DNA of 64,000 bases from the human T2T-CHM13v2.0 reference genome, Homo sapiens: assembly GCF_009914755.1 (NCBI RefSeq), contig NC_060936.1, one strand, 5' to 3'. The notes under the pieces were generated by a model. It was not told the DNA's origin. It ran no database searches and was given only the letters and a program-made list of their open reading frames with translations. The first letter of the stretch is position 1. Every line of letters begins with the position of its first letter. Shown piece by piece: positions 62,979 through 64,000 of this stretch. A program made the position numbers and the translations under genes.

Positions 62979-63281
62979 GGCCAGGCGCAGTGGCTCATGC
63001 CTGTAATCCCAGCACTCTGGGAGGCTGAAGCGGGTGGATCACCTGAGGTCAGCAGATCGTGACCAGCCTGGCCAACATGGTGAAACCCCATCTCTACTAA
63101 AAAATACAAAAAATTAGCCGAACATGGTGGCACACGCCTGTAATCCCAGCTACTCTGGAGGCTGAGGCAGGAGAATCGCTTGAACCTGGGAGGCGGTGGT
63201 TGCAAGTGAGCCGAGACTGCGCCACTGCACTCCAGCCTAGGTGATAGAGCGAGACTCCATCTCAAAAAAAAAAAAAAAAAA
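62979..63281 (+). mobile_element. AluSx-like
   Basis: Alu dimer with poly(A). TSD 'aataaa(a/g)tgtc'. Confidence 0.93.
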
Positions 63282-63681
63282 GAATAAAGTGTCTTGACCA
63301 TTCAATTCCCCCCTCCACCCACCAAAACAGTAAAAGGATGATGATTTCAACCATAGTGGGAGTGTTTCTCAAGTAACTAGATACAAAGAGCTTGTCAAGT
63401 ACACTGTACTTTCACCTCAATTGCAGATCTCAGAAGGAAAAACACAGGAAGAATAAATAGATTTAATTGTGGGTGACTTTGGGAATTTTATGAGCTATAG
63501 GAACTCAGATATTTGGAAATCCATTACAAAATTAAGAACACAAACTGAGTGTAAACAATTACAAATGCTTTAGAGGATCAGAATGTATGAGAAAATGTGG
63601 GATTCTCACTGCCCACCAAGTACTTAATAGCACTGGCCATTAAGGACATGACTTCTGGGCAAAAATAAAATTCATGTATAG

Positions 63682-63751
63682 GAGGTGGGCTTCAAGATGG
63701 CCAACTAGAAGCATTTCATGCTAGCCTCCTCCAGTTACAAGAACCAAAATA
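63682..63751 (+). mobile_element. Probable 5' terminus of an old L1, interrupted by an Alu
   Basis: 'ggaggtgggcttcaagatggccaactagaagca...aagaaccaaaata' carries the YY1-type CAAGATGGC motif typical of L1 5' ends. Confidence 0.45.
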
Positions 63752-64000
63752 CGCAGGGTGCGGTGGCTCATGCCTGTAATCTCATCACTTTGGGAGGCTG
63801 AGTGGGGCAGATCACGAGGTCAGGAGTTTTGAGACCAGCCTGGCCAACATTGTGAAACCCCGTCTCTACTAAAAATACAAAAATTAGCCGGGCATAGTGG
63901 CGTGCACCTGTAGTCCCAGCTACTCGGGAGGCTGAGGCAGAACTGCTTGAACCCAGGAGGTGAAAGTTGTGATGAGCCAAGATCACAGCACTGCACTCCA
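63752..64000 (+). mobile_element. AluS, runs off the window end
   Basis: 'gcggtggctcatgcctgtaatc...gcactgcactcca'. Confidence 0.92.

Overview
Primate (human-like) genomic DNA. It is repeat-dense and contains no recognisable intact host protein-coding gene. The main contents are: (1) a 5.78-kb HERV-H provirus (34482-40261) with two 453-bp LTR7 LTRs of the LTR7up type, a 5-bp TSD, a tRNA-His PBS, an intact major splice donor and decayed gag/pro/pol; (2) three independently inserted solo LTR12 (ERV9) LTRs within 13.3 kb, each with its own 4-bp TSD; (3) a GAS-less MER41A LTR; (4) a strong CTCF core motif 2.4 kb downstream of the provirus; (5) a 5'-truncated processed NOP56 retrocopy whose lysine-rich C-terminal frame is still open to the native stop; (6) a full-length 7SL retropseudogene; (7) an L1PA fragment with a twin-priming inversion signature; and (8) about 30 Alus plus old L1M/HAL1, L2, MIR and DNA-transposon remnants. 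I found no demonstrably new biological system. The best speculative candidate is a retroelement-built transcription unit, in which the LTR7up promoter and splice donor could join in frame to the NOP56 tail retro-exon, within a cluster of ERV promoters and a CTCF site. All family assignments are from recalled consensus sequences, not database searches.
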